Positions 10,080-20,725 of a stretch of DNA of 64,000 nucleotides are shown here, piece after piece. Both the position numbers and the translations under genes were made by a program. The notes beneath the pieces are model-generated. The model made no database searches and had not been told where the DNA came from. It saw only the letters and a list, made by a program, of their open reading frames with translations. This stretch comes from an uncultured Bifidobacteriaceae bacterium (GTDB lineage Bacteria > Verrucomicrobiota > Verrucomicrobiia > Limisphaerales > UBA11358). The stretch's first letter is position 1. Each line of letters starts with the position of its first letter. The DNA lies in the NCBI GenBank assembly GCA_964536285.1, contig CAZHXG010000005.1, positions 7,565 through 71,564 on the forward strand. The letters run 5' to 3'.

Positions 10080-13000
10080 TTACACCGTCGTCAGCGCCGC
10101 AACCGCTTCGCTGTTTCCGTTTTGATGTTCGGCCGGGTTTGAATAGCCGACTTTCACGTCGAGGCCGAGCGATTGCATTTCCTTCACCAGCACGTTGAAC
10201 GATTCGGGAATGCCCGCTTCGAGCGCGTTGTCGCCCTTGACGATGGCTTCGTAAATTCGCGTGCGGCCTTGCACGTCGTCGGATTTCACGGTCAGGAGTT
10301 CCTGCAACGTGTAGGCCGCGCCGTAGGCTTCCATCGCCCATACTTCCATTTCGCCGAAGCGCTGGCCGCCGTATTGCGCCTTGCCGCCGAGCGGCTGTTG
10401 CGTGACGAGCGAATAAGGCCCGACCGCGCGGGCGTGAATCTTGTCCGCGACCAAATGGCCGAGCTTCATCATGTAAATGTAGCCGACGACGATTTCCTGA
10501 TCGAATTTCTCGCCAGTGCGTCCATCAATCAAATGCGTCTTGCCGTGTTCCGGCAATTTCGCTTCTTTCAAATAGCCGCGAATTTCCTTTTCCTTGATGC
10601 CGTCGAAAACCGGTGTTGAAAATTTCAATCCAAGGATTTTCGCAGCCCAGCCGAGGTGCGTTTCCAAAACCTGTCCGACGTTCATGCGCGAAGGCACGCC
10701 GAGCGGATTCAAAACGATTTCCACCGGCGTTCCATCTTCGAGGAACGGCATGTCTTCTTCCTTCACGATACGCGCGACGACACCCTTGTTACCGTGACGT
10801 CCGGCCATCTTGTCACCGACGGACAGTTTGCGCTTCGACGCGATGTAAACTTTCACCGACTTGACGATGCCGGCTTCAACGCCATCGCCCGCCTCGGCAC
10901 GTTCGATCTCCTCGTCGTACTGCATCTGCAAATCGTCGAACTTCTTTTTGAACTGGCCGATGATTTCCGTGATCTTGTTACGGATCGGCGACGGATCAAT
11001 TTCGATGCGGTCGTAAACCGTCGCGAGTTTGCGCAACAGGGTTTTCGTGATTTTGCGATTGGCCGGGATGATGATTTCACCGGTCTCGGAATTCACCACG
11101 TCGAGCGGGATTTTTTCGCCAAGCAAAATGTTGCTCAACGCCTCGGTCAATTGATCCTGCAATTCGCCGGTCTTTTTCTTGTGATCGTCTTCAATCTGTT
11201 TCGAATGGCGTTTTTCCTCGCTCGAAGCCGAACGGCTGCTGCGTTCGCCGTCTTTTTTGGATGAAACTTTCACGTCCATGACGATGCCGTAAGTGCCGGA
11301 CGGAACTTTCAACGAAGTGTCCTTCACGTCCGCGGCCTTCTCGCCGAAAATCGCGCGGAGCAAACGCTCTTCCGGCGCGAGTTCGGTTTCCGACTTCGGC
11401 GTGATTTTGCCGACGAGAATGTCGCCGGGCTTCACTTCCGCGCCGACGCGGATGACGCCGTCGGGTGCGAGATTTTTCAACGCCTCGTCCCCGAGGTTCG
11501 GAATATCGCGCGTGATTTCCTCCGGCCCGAGCTTCGTGTCGCGTGCAGCCACTTCAAATTCATCAATGTGAATTGAAGTGAAAATGTCTTCCTTGACGAT
11601 GCGTTCGGAAATAAGAATGGCATCCTCGAAGTTGTAGCCGTTCCACGGCATGAACGCGACGAGCACGTTGCGACCGAGCGCAAGCTCGCCGTTTTGAGTG
11701 CAAGGGCCGTCCGCGACAATCTGTCCTTTTCTCACATGATCACCCTTGTGGATGAGAATTTTTTGATTGATGCACGTGGCGGCGTTCGAGCGCATGAATT
11801 TGCGGATCGGATAAACGTGAACGCCGTTCGCCGGGTCGTGCTTAATCTTCTTTTTCGATTCCGGCAATTTGCCGTCTTCAGTCACAATAATCTGGTTTCC
11901 TGTGACGGACGCGACCTTGCCACTCTCTTCGGCAACCATGACGGCGCGCGAATCCAGCGCAACGCGGCCTTCGAGCGCGGTCGCAACGAGCGGAGCTTCA
12001 GTGACAAGTAATGGCACAGCCTGGCGTTGCATGTTTGAACCCATCAACGCGCGGTTTGCGTCATCGTGTTCAAGGAACGGAATCAAACTCGCCGCGATTG
12101 AAACCAATTGCTTCGGCGAAATGTCCATGTAATCGACGCGTGCCGGTTCAACGTCGACGAATTCACCGCGTGCGCGGCAAACAACGCGTTCGGTGGTGAA
12201 ATGTCCGCGACCGTCAATCGGCGAATTCGCCTGCGCGACGATAAATTGTTCCTCGCGGTCAGCGGTAAGATATTCAATGTCTTCCGTCACGCGACCGTCT
12301 TTGACTTTGCGATACGGCGTTTCAAGAAAACCAAATTCGTTGATGCGCGCAAATGTTGCGAGCGACGCGATGAGCCCGATGTTCGGGCCTTCCGGCGTTT
12401 CAATCGGGCAAATGCGTCCGTAGTGCGACGGATGCACGTCACGAACTTCAAAGCCTGCACGATCGCGGGACAGGCCGCCTGGCCCAAGCGCCGACAAGCG
12501 GCGTTTGTGCGTGAGCTCCGCGAGCGGATTGATTTGATCCATAAACTGTGACAATTGCGAGCGGCCAAAGAAATCGCGGATGACCGCCGACAGCGCTTTC
12601 GGATTGATCAATTTCTGCGGCGTCATCGCCTCGACGCTTTGATCGAACAACGTCATGCGTTCCTTCACAAGACGTTCCGTGCGCGCGAGACCGACGCGGC
12701 ATTGATTTGAAAGCAATTCGCCAACGGTGCGGATACGGCGGCTGCCTAGATGGTCAATGTCGTCCAGCGAGCCTTCACCCTTTTTCAAACGCAAAAGATA
12801 TTTTGTCGCAGCAACCAAATCGTCTTTCGTTAAAATGCGCGAATTTTCCTTATCTTTAAGCCCAAGTTTCTGATTGATCTTGTAACGACCGACGCGTCCT
12901 AAATCGTAGCGCTTCGGATCGAAGAACAAGCGTTTCAATAATGCGCGGGCGTTCGCCGCAGTCGGCGGATCGCCCGGACGCAAGCGACGATAAATATCTT

Positions 13001-13970
13001 TGAGCGCTTCCTCCTCATTTTTCGCCGGATCTTTCTTCAGGCATTTGATCATGATGCCTTCATCAAGCGACGTGTCCACGACCTTGATTTTTGTCACGCC
13101 GAGTTCGGCAATCTGTTTGACGACCGCCTTCGACAGCGGCTCGAACGCGCGCGCCACAACGAGGCCTTTTTCCTCATCGGTCGCGTCCTGGATCAAGACG
13201 CGGTTGGGCAAATCTTCGAGCTTCTCGGCTTCCTTGACCGTGAGTTCCTCGATTTCGTAAAACAACTTGAGAATTTCTTCGTCAGTGCCACGAGTTTTTT
13301 CGCCGTTGTCCTTGCTCTTGGTGTTGATGCCGCCTTCGACATCGAGGAACGACAGCGCGCGGAAAAACGTCGTCGTCAAAAACTTCCGGCGGCGCTTTTT
13401 CCGGTCGAGATAAACGTAAAGCAGATCGCTCGTGTCGAATTGCGCTTCATACCACGAACCGCGGTCGGGAATGACGCGGAAGCTGTGGAGCAGTTTTCCG
13501 TTCGGATGTTGCGTCGCCTCGAACGCGATGCCGGGCGAGCGGTGCAATTGTGAAACGACGACGCGTTCCGCGCCATTGATCACAAACGTGCCTTGTGGCG
13601 TCATCAGCGGGAGTTCACCCATGAAAACTTTTTCCTCCTTCGCACTTTTGCTTTCTTCCTTGAGCAAAAACGTGACGTAAAGCGGCGCGCCGTAGGTCAA
13701 GCCTTCGCGCAGACATTCCAGCCAGTCGATCTTGGGCGCGCCGATCTCGTAGGAATCGTAATCAAGCACGCACTTGCCGTCGTAGCTCTCAATGGGAAAC
13801 ACCTCGCGGAAAACCGATTCGAGGCCGTTGTGCTTGTTGCGCTTTTTCGGCGCCACGTCGGCCTGCAAAAATTCCACGTAGGAATTCGTCTGCAATTCGA
13901 TCATGTTCGGCGGCGCAATGATTTCCTTGATCTTGCCGAAGTTGATACGTTCAGTGACTCGCGATGGCAT
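10080..13970 (-). CDS. rpoB: DNA-directed RNA polymerase subunit beta
   Basis: 1296 aa with conserved blocks ([43 protein letters not shown]). Confidence 0.97.
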   Translation of the reverse strand: MPSRVTERINFGKIKEIIAPPNMIELQTNSYVEFLQADVAPKKRNKHNGLESVFREVFPIESYDGKCVLDYDSYEIGAPKIDWLECLREGLTYGAPLYVTFLLKEESKSAKEEKVFMGELPLMTPQGTFVINGAERVVVSQLHRSPGIAFEATQHPNGKLLHSFRVIPDRGSWYEAQFDTSDLLYVYLDRKKRRRKFLTTTFFRALSFLDVEGGINTKSKDNGEKTRGTDEEILKLFYEIEELTVKEAEKLEDLPNRVLIQDATDEEKGLVVARAFEPLSKAVVKQIAELGVTKIKVVDTSLDEGIMIKCLKKDPAKNEEEALKDIYRRLRPGDPPTAANARALLKRLFFDPKRYDLGRVGRYKINQKLGLKDKENSRILTKDDLVAATKYLLRLKKGEGSLDDIDHLGSRRIRTVGELLSNQCRVGLARTERLVKERMTLFDQSVEAMTPQKLINPKALSAVIRDFFGRSQLSQFMDQINPLAELTHKRRLSALGPGGLSRDRAGFEVRDVHPSHYGRICPIETPEGPNIGLIASLATFARINEFGFLETPYRKVKDGRVTEDIEYLTADREEQFIVAQANSPIDGRGHFTTERVVCRARGEFVDVEPARVDYMDISPKQLVSIAASLIPFLEHDDANRALMGSNMQRQAVPLLVTEAPLVATALEGRVALDSRAVMVAEESGKVASVTGNQIIVTEDGKLPESKKKIKHDPANGVHVYPIRKFMRSNAATCINQKILIHKGDHVRKGQIVADGPCTQNGELALGRNVLVAFMPWNGYNFEDAILISERIVKEDIFTSIHIDEFEVAARDTKLGPEEITRDIPNLGDEALKNLAPDGVIRVGAEVKPGDILVGKITPKSETELAPEERLLRAIFGEKAADVKDTSLKVPSGTYGIVMDVKVSSKKDGERSSRSASSEEKRHSKQIEDDHKKKTGELQDQLTEALSNILLGEKIPLDVVNSETGEIIIPANRKITKTLLRKLATVYDRIEIDPSPIRNKITEIIGQFKKKFDDLQMQYDEEIERAEAGDGVEAGIVKSVKVYIASKRKLSVGDKMAGRHGNKGVVARIVKEEDMPFLEDGTPVEIVLNPLGVPSRMNVGQVLETHLGWAAKILGLKFSTPVFDGIKEKEIRGYLKEAKLPEHGKTHLIDGRTGEKFDQEIVVGYIYMMKLGHLVADKIHARAVGPYSLVTQQPLGGKAQYGGQRFGEMEVWAMEAYGAAYTLQELLTVKSDDVQGRTRIYEAIVKGDNALEAGIPESFNVLVKEMQSLGLDVKVGYSNPAEHQNGNSEAVAALTTV

Positions 13971-14115
13971 TTTTACTTTCTATTTGGCCCGGCAACATGC
14001 CGCGCCGACAATTATTATTTAACGACACAAGGCAAGCGCGCCGCGTTCAACGGCAAGCTTGCCAAACCCTCAACCGACTGTTCCGTTTTTGACCTGATAA
14101 AATTCTTAATGGAGC

Positions 14116-14137
14116 GCTCCGGCAAAACCGCCGGAGC
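14116..14137 (-). promoter_or_regulatory. Perfect 8-bp GC hairpin in the rplL-rpoB spacer (possible attenuator)
   Basis: gctccggc (14116-14123), a 6-nt loop, then gccggagc (14130-14137), about 20 nt downstream of the rplL stop. There is no clear U-tract. The position matches the partial terminator known between rplL and rpoB in E. coli. Confidence 0.35.
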
Positions 14138-14155
14138 AACTCCGATAAACTGCGA

Positions 14156-14545
14156 TTACTTGACCTCCACTTTCGCGCCGGCTTCTTCAAGCTTTTTCTT
14201 GGCGGCGTCAGTGTCGGCCTTGTTCGCGCCTTCGAGCACCGGCTTCGGAGCGCCTTCGACCAAAGCTTTCGCTTCGGCAAGACCCAAACCGGCCTTCACT
14301 TCGCGAACGGCTTTGATGGCCGCGATTTTCTTGTCCGCCGGAACGGAAACGAGAATCACGTCGAACGTGTCCTTCGCTTCTGCGGGAGCAGCGGCTCCAC
14401 CGGCGGCAGCGCCACCGGCAGCCGCGACCGCGACGGGCGCGGCGGCGGAAACGCCCCACTTGGTTTCAAGTTGTTTCACCAGGTCGGCGGCTTCCAAGAC
14501 CGTCAACTTGCTCAATTCTTCCACGATGTTTGCGATGTCAGCCAT
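14156..14545 (-). CDS. rplL: 50S ribosomal protein L7/L12 (bL12)
   Basis: 129 aa with the Ala-rich hinge and a C-terminal domain [23 protein letters not shown]...[18 protein letters not shown]...[11 protein letters not shown]. Confidence 0.97.
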   Translation of the reverse strand: MADIANIVEELSKLTVLEAADLVKQLETKWGVSAAAPVAVAAAGGAAAGGAAAPAEAKDTFDVILVSVPADKKIAAIKAVREVKAGLGLAEAKALVEGAPKPVLEGANKADTDAAKKKLEEAGAKVEVK

Positions 14546-14700
14546 ATTACTATTTCTTTCTTCGTCTCGTCGTCCGCCGCGATCCGCCTTCGCTCATGCT
14601 CCGGCGCGACACGCCACGGCGTAATTATGTTCGTTTTGAACCGACGATTTACGTTGTTGTTTGTTGTTTCTCCGATTTGAAATCTCAAACCGGAAATTGT

Positions 14701-15210
14701 TTATGCCTTCTCCGATTTCGCCTTGATGACCTGCGCCAACTGCGAAGCGGGAGTGTTGAGCAAAATCGCCAGCTTCGTCGCCGGAGCGACGAGTAGTCCC
14801 AAAATTTTCGCGCGCAAAACGTCGAGGCTCGGCAAATCCGCGAGCGCAACGATCGCCGCTTGTTCGAGACGCTGATTGTTCAGGTAACCGAACTTGATCT
14901 TCAGCTTGTCGAATTCCGCGCCGAAATTTTTCAGCGTTTTCGCCGCCGCGGAAATATCCTTCTGCCCGGTCACGACGGCCATTTGTCCGGCAAGCGAGCC
15001 GTTCAATTCCGCCACGCCGGCTTCCTTCGCCGCGATCCGGAAAATGGAATTTTTCACGACGTGAACTTCCGCTCCCGCCTTGTGCAAACGCTGGCGTAAT
15101 TCCGTCATGTGGGCGACCTTCAGCCCTTGATAACCGATCACGATGAAGAACGGCGACGCGTTCAACCGCGCGGAGTATTCCTTCGTCAATAATTGTTTTT
15201 CAGCACGCAT
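14701..15210 (-). CDS. rplJ: 50S ribosomal protein L10 (uL10)
   Basis: 169 aa, located between rplA and rplL; the family is recognisable (LRQRLHKAGAEVHVVKNS). Confidence 0.93.
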   Translation of the reverse strand: MRAEKQLLTKEYSARLNASPFFIVIGYQGLKVAHMTELRQRLHKAGAEVHVVKNSIFRIAAKEAGVAELNGSLAGQMAVVTGQKDISAAAKTLKNFGAEFDKLKIKFGYLNNQRLEQAAIVALADLPSLDVLRAKILGLLVAPATKLAILLNTPASQLAQVIKAKSEKA

Positions 15211-15222
15211 GGTAAAAATCGG

Positions 15223-15918
15223 TTAATTGTTTGAGAACTCGCGCACGTCCACGCGCACCGGCGGACTCATCGTCGCCGAAAGCGTGCAACTTTGGAGATA
15301 CTCTCCCTTGACGCTCGTCGGCCGCGCCTTGGCGACAGCTTCAATCACCGCGCGCGCATTTTCTTCAATCTGTTCCGGCTTGAACGACGCTTTACCGACG
15401 ATGACGTGGACGTTTCCGGCTTTATCGGTTTTAAATTCAACGCGACCAGCTTTCACTTCTTTAACGGCTTTCGCCGTGTCGTCGGTGACCGTGCCGGTTT
15501 TCGGATTCGGCATCAGTCCGCGCGGTCCAAGGACTTTGCCGAGTTTGCGGACTTCAATCATCGCTTCTGGCGTCGCAATCGCCACGTCAAAATCATTCCA
15601 ACCTTCATTGCATTTTTGAATCATGTCGGCGAAACCGACGTATTCCGCGCCTGCAGCTTTCGCCGCTTCGGCCGCATTTCCGTCGCGCGTGAAAACCAAA
15701 ACGCGAACGGTCTTGCCGCTGCCGTGCGGAAGCGGAACCGTGCCGCGAACCATCTGGTCCGATTGCTTCGGGTCAACACCGAGACGGAACGCGAGATCAA
15801 TCGTCTCGTTGAATTTCGCCTTCGGAAATTTTGCGAGGACGCCGACCGCTTCCTTGAGCGGATACGTTTTTTTTGCATCCACAACTTCGAGCGCTTTTTT
15901 GAATCGTTTACTGGGCAT
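15223..15918 (-). CDS. rplA: 50S ribosomal protein L1 (uL1)
   Basis: 231 aa, [34 protein letters not shown], typical uL1. Confidence 0.97.
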   Translation of the reverse strand: MPSKRFKKALEVVDAKKTYPLKEAVGVLAKFPKAKFNETIDLAFRLGVDPKQSDQMVRGTVPLPHGSGKTVRVLVFTRDGNAAEAAKAAGAEYVGFADMIQKCNEGWNDFDVAIATPEAMIEVRKLGKVLGPRGLMPNPKTGTVTDDTAKAVKEVKAGRVEFKTDKAGNVHVIVGKASFKPEQIEENARAVIEAVAKARPTSVKGEYLQSCTLSATMSPPVRVDVREFSNN

Positions 15919-15974
15919 TTTGTTTTGGTGCGGTGCAATCGAGTTTTTAGCTCTCCCGTGTTTTATGTTTTTGT

Positions 15975-16400
15975 TTAACCGACAACTTCAATTCCCATGC
16001 TGCGCGCAGTTCCAGAAATGACGCGGAACGCCGCTTCTTCCGAAGAAGAATTCATGTCCTTCGATTTCATTTTCACGATGTCCAAAACCTGTTTGCGCGT
16101 CACCTTGCCGACTTTTTCCTTGTTCGGCGTTTTTGAACCGGCGGTGATGCCCGCGGCTTTTTTCAAAAGAATCGAGGCTGGCGGCGACTTGGTGATGAAT
16201 GTGAACGACTTGTCCTGATAAACGGTGATGACGACGGGAATCACGAGTCCCGCATCATTTTTCGTCGCCGCGTTGAATTCCTTGCAGAAGCCCATGATGT
16301 TGACGCCGTGCTGGCCGAGCGCCGGGCCGACGGGTGGCGCGGGATTCGCCTGGCCCGCCGGAATCTGCAATTTGATCTGTCCTGTGACTTTCTTTGCCAT
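15975..16400 (-). CDS. rplK: 50S ribosomal protein L11 (uL11)
   Basis: 141 aa, [34 protein letters not shown], canonical uL11. Confidence 0.97.
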   Translation of the reverse strand: MAKKVTGQIKLQIPAGQANPAPPVGPALGQHGVNIMGFCKEFNAATKNDAGLVIPVVITVYQDKSFTFITKSPPASILLKKAAGITAGSKTPNKEKVGKVTRKQVLDIVKMKSKDMNSSSEEAAFRVISGTARSMGIEVVG

Positions 16401-16408
16401 AAAAATTC

Positions 16409-16957
16409 TTAAGCTTTCTCCACCTGCCAGTATTCGAGTTCCACCGGCGTGTTGCGCCCGAAAATGTTCACGGTCACTTTCAACTTGCCGCGTTCGGGAT
16501 CAATTTCCTCGATCACGCCGCTGAAATTCAGGAACGGTCCGTTGTTGATCTTTATCGTCTCGCCGACCTCAAAATTGACCTTCGGCTTTTCCGTTTCTTC
16601 CGACTGCGAAATCTGATTCTTGATCTGCTCGACTTCATCCGTCGGCGTCGGCACGGGCGGTTCGCCGCCGACAAATCCGATCACACCCTGTGTTTCTTTA
16701 ATGAAATACCAGGGCTTTTCGATGATGCGGTTGTTTTCATCCAGCAACACCATGTCCACAAAAACGTAACCCGGCCACAATTTGCGATTGGACACGGTCT
16801 TCTTCTGGTTGCGCACCTCTACCACTTTTTCCATCGGCACGAGGACTTCCTTCACGAAATCCTGCATCTCGTCGGTCTTGACGCGCTTCTCAATGCTGTC
16901 CTTGACCTTTTGTTCCTGGCCGGAAAGCGTCTGGATGATGAACCACTGGTTGCGCAT
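16409..16957 (-). CDS. nusG: Transcription termination/antitermination factor NusG
   Basis: 182 aa with an NGN domain ([19 protein letters not shown]) and a KOW motif ([22 protein letters not shown]). Follows secE. Confidence 0.95.
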   Translation of the reverse strand: MRNQWFIIQTLSGQEQKVKDSIEKRVKTDEMQDFVKEVLVPMEKVVEVRNQKKTVSNRKLWPGYVFVDMVLLDENNRIIEKPWYFIKETQGVIGFVGGEPPVPTPTDEVEQIKNQISQSEETEKPKVNFEVGETIKINNGPFLNFSGVIEEIDPERGKLKVTVNIFGRNTPVELEYWQVEKA

Positions 16958-16958
16958 G

Positions 16959-17210
16959 TCAGAGCTTAAAGAAAATAAAATTCAAAATTAAATCGACCAC
17001 TACGGTGAACGCACCGAGCAATGCGATTGTGATGCCGATAAGCACCGTGGAGCCTTTCAATTCGTCCCAACTCGGCCACGAGCATTTTTTCAATTCTTCG
17101 CGTGTTTCGAGAACATAATCAGCAAAGCGTCGGACTTGCCCCTGCCACCATAAGTAGGCAAAGATTCCAACGATGACGACCGCCCAAACTATGATTGACG
17201 TATTGCTCAC
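16959..17210 (-). CDS. secE: Preprotein translocase subunit SecE
   Basis: 83 aa with two TM segments and the SecE motif ETREELKKCSWPSWDEL. GTG start, immediately upstream of nusG. Confidence 0.88.
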   Translation of the reverse strand: MSNTSIIVWAVVIVGIFAYLWWQGQVRRFADYVLETREELKKCSWPSWDELKGSTVLIGITIALLGAFTVVVDLILNFIFFKL

Positions 17211-17255
17211 AAAAATTTTTCAAATTTGTCCAGCCCGCCTTTGCGCTATGCGCTT

Positions 17256-17345
17256 TGGCGGAGAGGGAGGGATTCGAACCCCCGTCAGGCTTTCACCTGA
17301 AGCGGTTTTCAAGACCGCCGCGATAGACCACTCTGCCACCTCTCC
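17256..17345 (-). tRNA. tRNA-Ser (anticodon UGA), type II with long variable arm
   Basis: Manual fold: acceptor GGAGAGG/CCTCTCC, anticodon stem GCGGT/ACCGC, loop CTTGAAA (anticodon TGA), variable arm CAGG-TGAAAG-CCTG, T-loop TTCGAAT, encoded CCA. 90 nt. Confidence 0.85.
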
Positions 17346-17354
17346 GTCGCAGAT

Positions 17355-17430
17355 TGGCACGGCAGGAGGGACTTGAACCCCCAACCAACGGTTTTGGAGA
17401 CCGCTACTCTACCAATTGAGCTACTGCCGT
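17355..17430 (-). tRNA. tRNA-Trp (anticodon CCA)
   Basis: Manual fold: acceptor ACGGCAG/CTGCCGT, D-arm GCTCAATTGGTAGAGT, anticodon loop CTCCAAA, T-loop TTCAAGT, encoded CCA. 76 nt, in the classical position between tuf and secE. Confidence 0.9.
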
Positions 17431-17454
17431 ATCCGCCCAATCTTTTCTTTCGGA

Positions 17455-17491
17455 CAAAAAGGGAGACGGAGAAGTTCAATCTCCGTCTCCC
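17455..17491 (-). terminator. Intrinsic terminator downstream of tuf
   Basis: Perfect 12-bp stem gggagacggaga / tctccgtctccc (17461-17491) with a 6-7 nt loop, followed on the minus strand by TTTTTG (17455-17460), 15 nt after the tuf stop. Confidence 0.78.
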
Positions 17492-17505
17492 GAATTAAAA
17501 TCGCA

Positions 17506-18696
17506 TTACGCAACAACTTCAGAAACGCGACCCGCACCAATGGTGCGACCGCCTTCGCGAATAGCGAAACGCTGGCCCTTTTCCATCGCGACCGGCTTCT
17601 GCAATTCCACGTCCACGGCGACATTGTCGCCGGGCATGACCATTTCGACGCCCGTCGGCAAAGTCAGCGTGCCCGTCACGTCTGACGTGCGAAAATAAAA
17701 TTGCGGACGGTAATTCGTGAAGAACGGTGTGTGACGGCCACCTTCATCCTTGGAAAGAACATAAACCTCCGCCTTGAATTTCGTGTGCGGCTTGATTGAA
17801 GCGGGCTTGGCCAAAACCATGCCGCGTTCGACTTCTTCCTTCTTCGTGCCGCGCAACAGAACGCCGACGTTGTCGCCCGCGCTCGCGGAATCCAAAAGCT
17901 TGCGGAACATTTCGATGTCGGTCGCGACCGTCTTGCGCGTGTCTTTCAGGCCGACAATCTCAACTTCTTCCATCTTCTTGAGCACGCCGCGTTCAACGCG
18001 ACCGGTCACGACCGTGCCGCGACCTTCAATGTTGAACACGTCTTCGACGCACATCAGGAACGGTTTGTCCACTTCGCGCGTCGGGAGCGGGATAAAATTG
18101 TCAATCGCGTCCATCAATTCCTGAATGGCCTTTTCGCCTTCGGGTTTGTTTTGCATCGCCGCCGTCGCGCTGCCGCGGATGATCGGCGTCTTGTCACCGG
18201 GAAATTGATACTTCGTCAGCAAATCACGGATTTCCATTTCGACGAGGTCGAGCAATTCCTTGTCGTCAACCAAATCAACTTTGTTCAGGAAAACCACAAT
18301 CGCCGGAACGCCGACCTGGCGTGCGAGCAAAATATGTTCACGCGTTTGCGGCATCGGGCCGTCCGCCGCGCTGACGACGAGAATCGCACCATCCATTTGC
18401 GCCGCGCCAGTGATCATGTTCTTCACGTAATCGGCGTGGCCGGGGCAATCAACGTGCGCGTAGTGACGCGTCGCGGTTTCATATTCGACGTGCGAGACCG
18501 CGATTGTGACGGTCTTCGTTTCATCGCGCACCGTGCCGCCTTTCGTGATATCGGCGTAGGAAATCGGTTTCGCCAGATTCTTTTTGCTCTGTGTATGCAC
18601 AATCGCCGCGGTCAAAGTGGATTTGCCGTGGTCAACGTGACCGATGGTGCCGACGTTGACGTGCGGTTTCGTTCGTTGAAATTGCTCTTTAGCCAT
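17506..18696 (-). CDS. tuf: Translation elongation factor Tu
   Basis: 396 aa, [32 protein letters not shown]...DCPGHADY...NKVD, canonical EF-Tu. Confidence 0.98.
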   Translation of the reverse strand: MAKEQFQRTKPHVNVGTIGHVDHGKSTLTAAIVHTQSKKNLAKPISYADITKGGTVRDETKTVTIAVSHVEYETATRHYAHVDCPGHADYVKNMITGAAQMDGAILVVSAADGPMPQTREHILLARQVGVPAIVVFLNKVDLVDDKELLDLVEMEIRDLLTKYQFPGDKTPIIRGSATAAMQNKPEGEKAIQELMDAIDNFIPLPTREVDKPFLMCVEDVFNIEGRGTVVTGRVERGVLKKMEEVEIVGLKDTRKTVATDIEMFRKLLDSASAGDNVGVLLRGTKKEEVERGMVLAKPASIKPHTKFKAEVYVLSKDEGGRHTPFFTNYRPQFYFRTSDVTGTLTLPTGVEMVMPGDNVAVDVELQKPVAMEKGQRFAIREGGRTIGAGRVSEVVA

Positions 18697-18745
18697 TTTA
18701 GTTCTCCTGCGTTGGTTTCGTTATTTTTTTATCAACAAATTTGTC

Positions 18746-18821
18746 TGGAGCCCATGATCAGGATCGAACTGATGACCTCATCCTTACCAAGGATGTGCTC
18801 TACCAACTGAGCTACATGGGC
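18746..18821 (-). tRNA. tRNA-Thr (anticodon GGU)
   Basis: Manual fold: acceptor GCCCATG/CATGGGC, D-arm TAGCTCAGTTGGTAGAGCA, anticodon stem CATCC/GGATG with loop TTGGTAA, T-loop TTCGATC, encoded CCA. 76 nt. Confidence 0.9.
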
Positions 18822-18944
18822 GCACAAATCATTCGTTCAAACCGGATACGCAAAACGACAAAAAACCGATCCCCTCAATCTTTTCTTTCGAAAATTCAAG
18901 GGGCAACGGCTAAATTGTTTTTTTACGGACTACCGACGCCTTTA

Positions 18945-18973
18945 AAACTATTAAACAACCCCGTTTCTGTCAA
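18945..18973 (-). promoter_or_regulatory. Candidate sigma70-type promoter upstream of tRNA-Thr/tuf
   Basis: On the minus strand, TTGACA (18968-18973), a 17-nt spacer, then TAGTTT (18945-18950). Motif match only; it is about 120 nt upstream of the mature tRNA 5' end. Confidence 0.22.
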
Positions 18974-18982
18974 CAGGCAATT

Positions 18983-20659
18983 TTATTTTTTCTTGTCGGC
19001 CAAAATGCTCTGTGCGCGGTCAAGCGATGAATCAATGTCGCCGCAGATATTATCCATCCCAAGCCGTTCAATAAAACCCGCTCGAGTCAAAGCAAATAGC
19101 GGTTGCGAATGCGGCGCGCAAAGAATCAGTTCCTTTTTGTGCTTGCGCAATTTCTCCATCAAATCTTCCAGCGCATCGAGGCCGGTTGCGTCAAGCGCCA
19201 GCACGTCGCGCATTCGCAAGATCAAGACATCGGGCAACTGTCCCGCCCTTCGAAGCGAAGTCTCCAATTTATCAGCCGCGCCAAAAAAGAACGCGCCAAA
19301 AATACGGAACACCAAAACACCGTCTGGAATTTTTTTGGCGGATGTGGTTTGCTCCGGAGAACCGCCTTGTGTCACATCCACATCCGGTTCGACGTTGGCC
19401 GTTTCGGCCAGCCGTTTCACAAGCAATGCCGAGGCCAGAATCAACGACGCACCTACCGCCGTCGGCAAATCCACGGCGACGGTCAAGCCGAACGCGCAAA
19501 GAAAAACGGCTACGTCGCTTTTCGGCCAGCGCTTCAGTCGCACGAATTGATGCCACTCACCCATTCGCAAAGAAACGACAACGAGCACCGCGCTCAACGC
19601 CGCAAGTGGAATGTGTTTCGCCAAAGGCGCGGCGACGATCAAAATAATCAGCAACGTCAGCGAGTGAATAATTCCCGCGACCGGCGTTTGCGCCCCACAG
19701 CGAACGTTTGTCGCCGTCCGCGCGATGACGCCCGTCGTCGGCATCCCGCCAAAAATTCCCATCGTCATATTCGCAATTCCCTGCGCCATCAACTCCTGAT
19801 TTGAATCGTGCCGGTCATCAATCATTCCGTCCGCAACGACCGCGCAGAGCAATGATTCGATCGCGGCCAAAACAGCAATCGTCATCGCCGCTGGCAACAA
19901 CGCACGCCACTCGTCGAACGACAACGAAGGCCAATGAGGAAATGGCAAACTGCGCGGCATTTCGCCGAACGCAGTTCCGAGTGTTTGAATTCCTAAATTG
20001 TCCGGCCAATTAAAAAAAGCCGACGCAATCGCAGCCAATATGACTATCGCCATCGAGCCGGGAATCCTTCGCCCAATTTTTTTCGGCCAAAACCAAATCG
20101 CCAGCGATGCGAGCGTGGCAAGAATGACCGTTGCCCAATTCGGTTGAAAATTTTCCGCGAGGACGCGCAGTTTGCCGATGAAGTCCGACGGCAATTTAAT
20201 TTGCAGCCCGAAGAAATCGCGGATTTGCGTGCTCAAAATGATGATCGCAATGCCGCTGGTAAAACCGGTGACAACCGGAAACGGAATGTATTTGATCATC
20301 ACGCCAAGTTTGCACGCGCCGACCACAATCAGAATCACACCCGCCATGAGTGCGCAAACGGTCAGCGCCTGCGGGCCGTGCACCAGCACAATCGGCGCGA
20401 GCAGCGGCACGAACGCTCCCGCCGGCCCGCCAATCTGCACGCGCGAGCCGCCGAGCAGCGAAACCAAAAGTCCGCCGATGATTGCGGTAAAAATCCCGAT
20501 CTCCGGTTTCAGGCCGGACGCAATCGCCAGCGCCATTGCCAGCGGCAACGCGACGATGCCGACCGTCAAACCGGCGGCCAAATCCGAATAGAATTTTTGC
20601 GTTGAATAATCTTTCAGCGCATCCACCAATTTGGGTCGAAACGAAAAACTCCAATTCAT
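18983..20659 (-). CDS. SulP-family anion (sulfate/bicarbonate) transporter with C-terminal STAS domain
   Basis: 558 aa. The polytopic N-terminal part has SulP signatures (AGLTVGIVALPLAMALAIASG). The cytoplasmic C-terminal STAS-like part includes VLVFRIFGAFFFGAADKL...VLILRMRDVLALDATGLDALEDL. Confidence 0.9.
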   Translation of the reverse strand: MNWSFSFRPKLVDALKDYSTQKFYSDLAAGLTVGIVALPLAMALAIASGLKPEIGIFTAIIGGLLVSLLGGSRVQIGGPAGAFVPLLAPIVLVHGPQALTVCALMAGVILIVVGACKLGVMIKYIPFPVVTGFTSGIAIIILSTQIRDFFGLQIKLPSDFIGKLRVLAENFQPNWATVILATLASLAIWFWPKKIGRRIPGSMAIVILAAIASAFFNWPDNLGIQTLGTAFGEMPRSLPFPHWPSLSFDEWRALLPAAMTIAVLAAIESLLCAVVADGMIDDRHDSNQELMAQGIANMTMGIFGGMPTTGVIARTATNVRCGAQTPVAGIIHSLTLLIILIVAAPLAKHIPLAALSAVLVVVSLRMGEWHQFVRLKRWPKSDVAVFLCAFGLTVAVDLPTAVGASLILASALLVKRLAETANVEPDVDVTQGGSPEQTTSAKKIPDGVLVFRIFGAFFFGAADKLETSLRRAGQLPDVLILRMRDVLALDATGLDALEDLMEKLRKHKKELILCAPHSQPLFALTRAGFIERLGMDNICGDIDSSLDRAQSILADKKK

Positions 20660-20725
20660 TTAACACACAGGAAAATTTTCCTTAAGTCTGATTCTGCGGA
20701 AGCGGCGGCGGAATTCAAATCTTTT

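Noticed and set aside
10066-10341. A 92-codon N-terminal extension of the rpoC ORF overlapping the 3' end of rpoB.
   Set aside because: The extension is Arg-rich nonsense ([14 protein letters not shown]...) and overlaps rpoB. The conserved rpoC N-terminus starts at the ATG at 10065, 12 nt after the rpoB stop.
17256-17345. The long-variable-arm tRNA, considered as a possible tRNA-Sec.
   Set aside because: The anticodon loop CTTGAAA gives anticodon UGA (Ser), not UCA. The 7-bp acceptor and 5-bp T-stem geometry is the standard type II tRNA-Ser.
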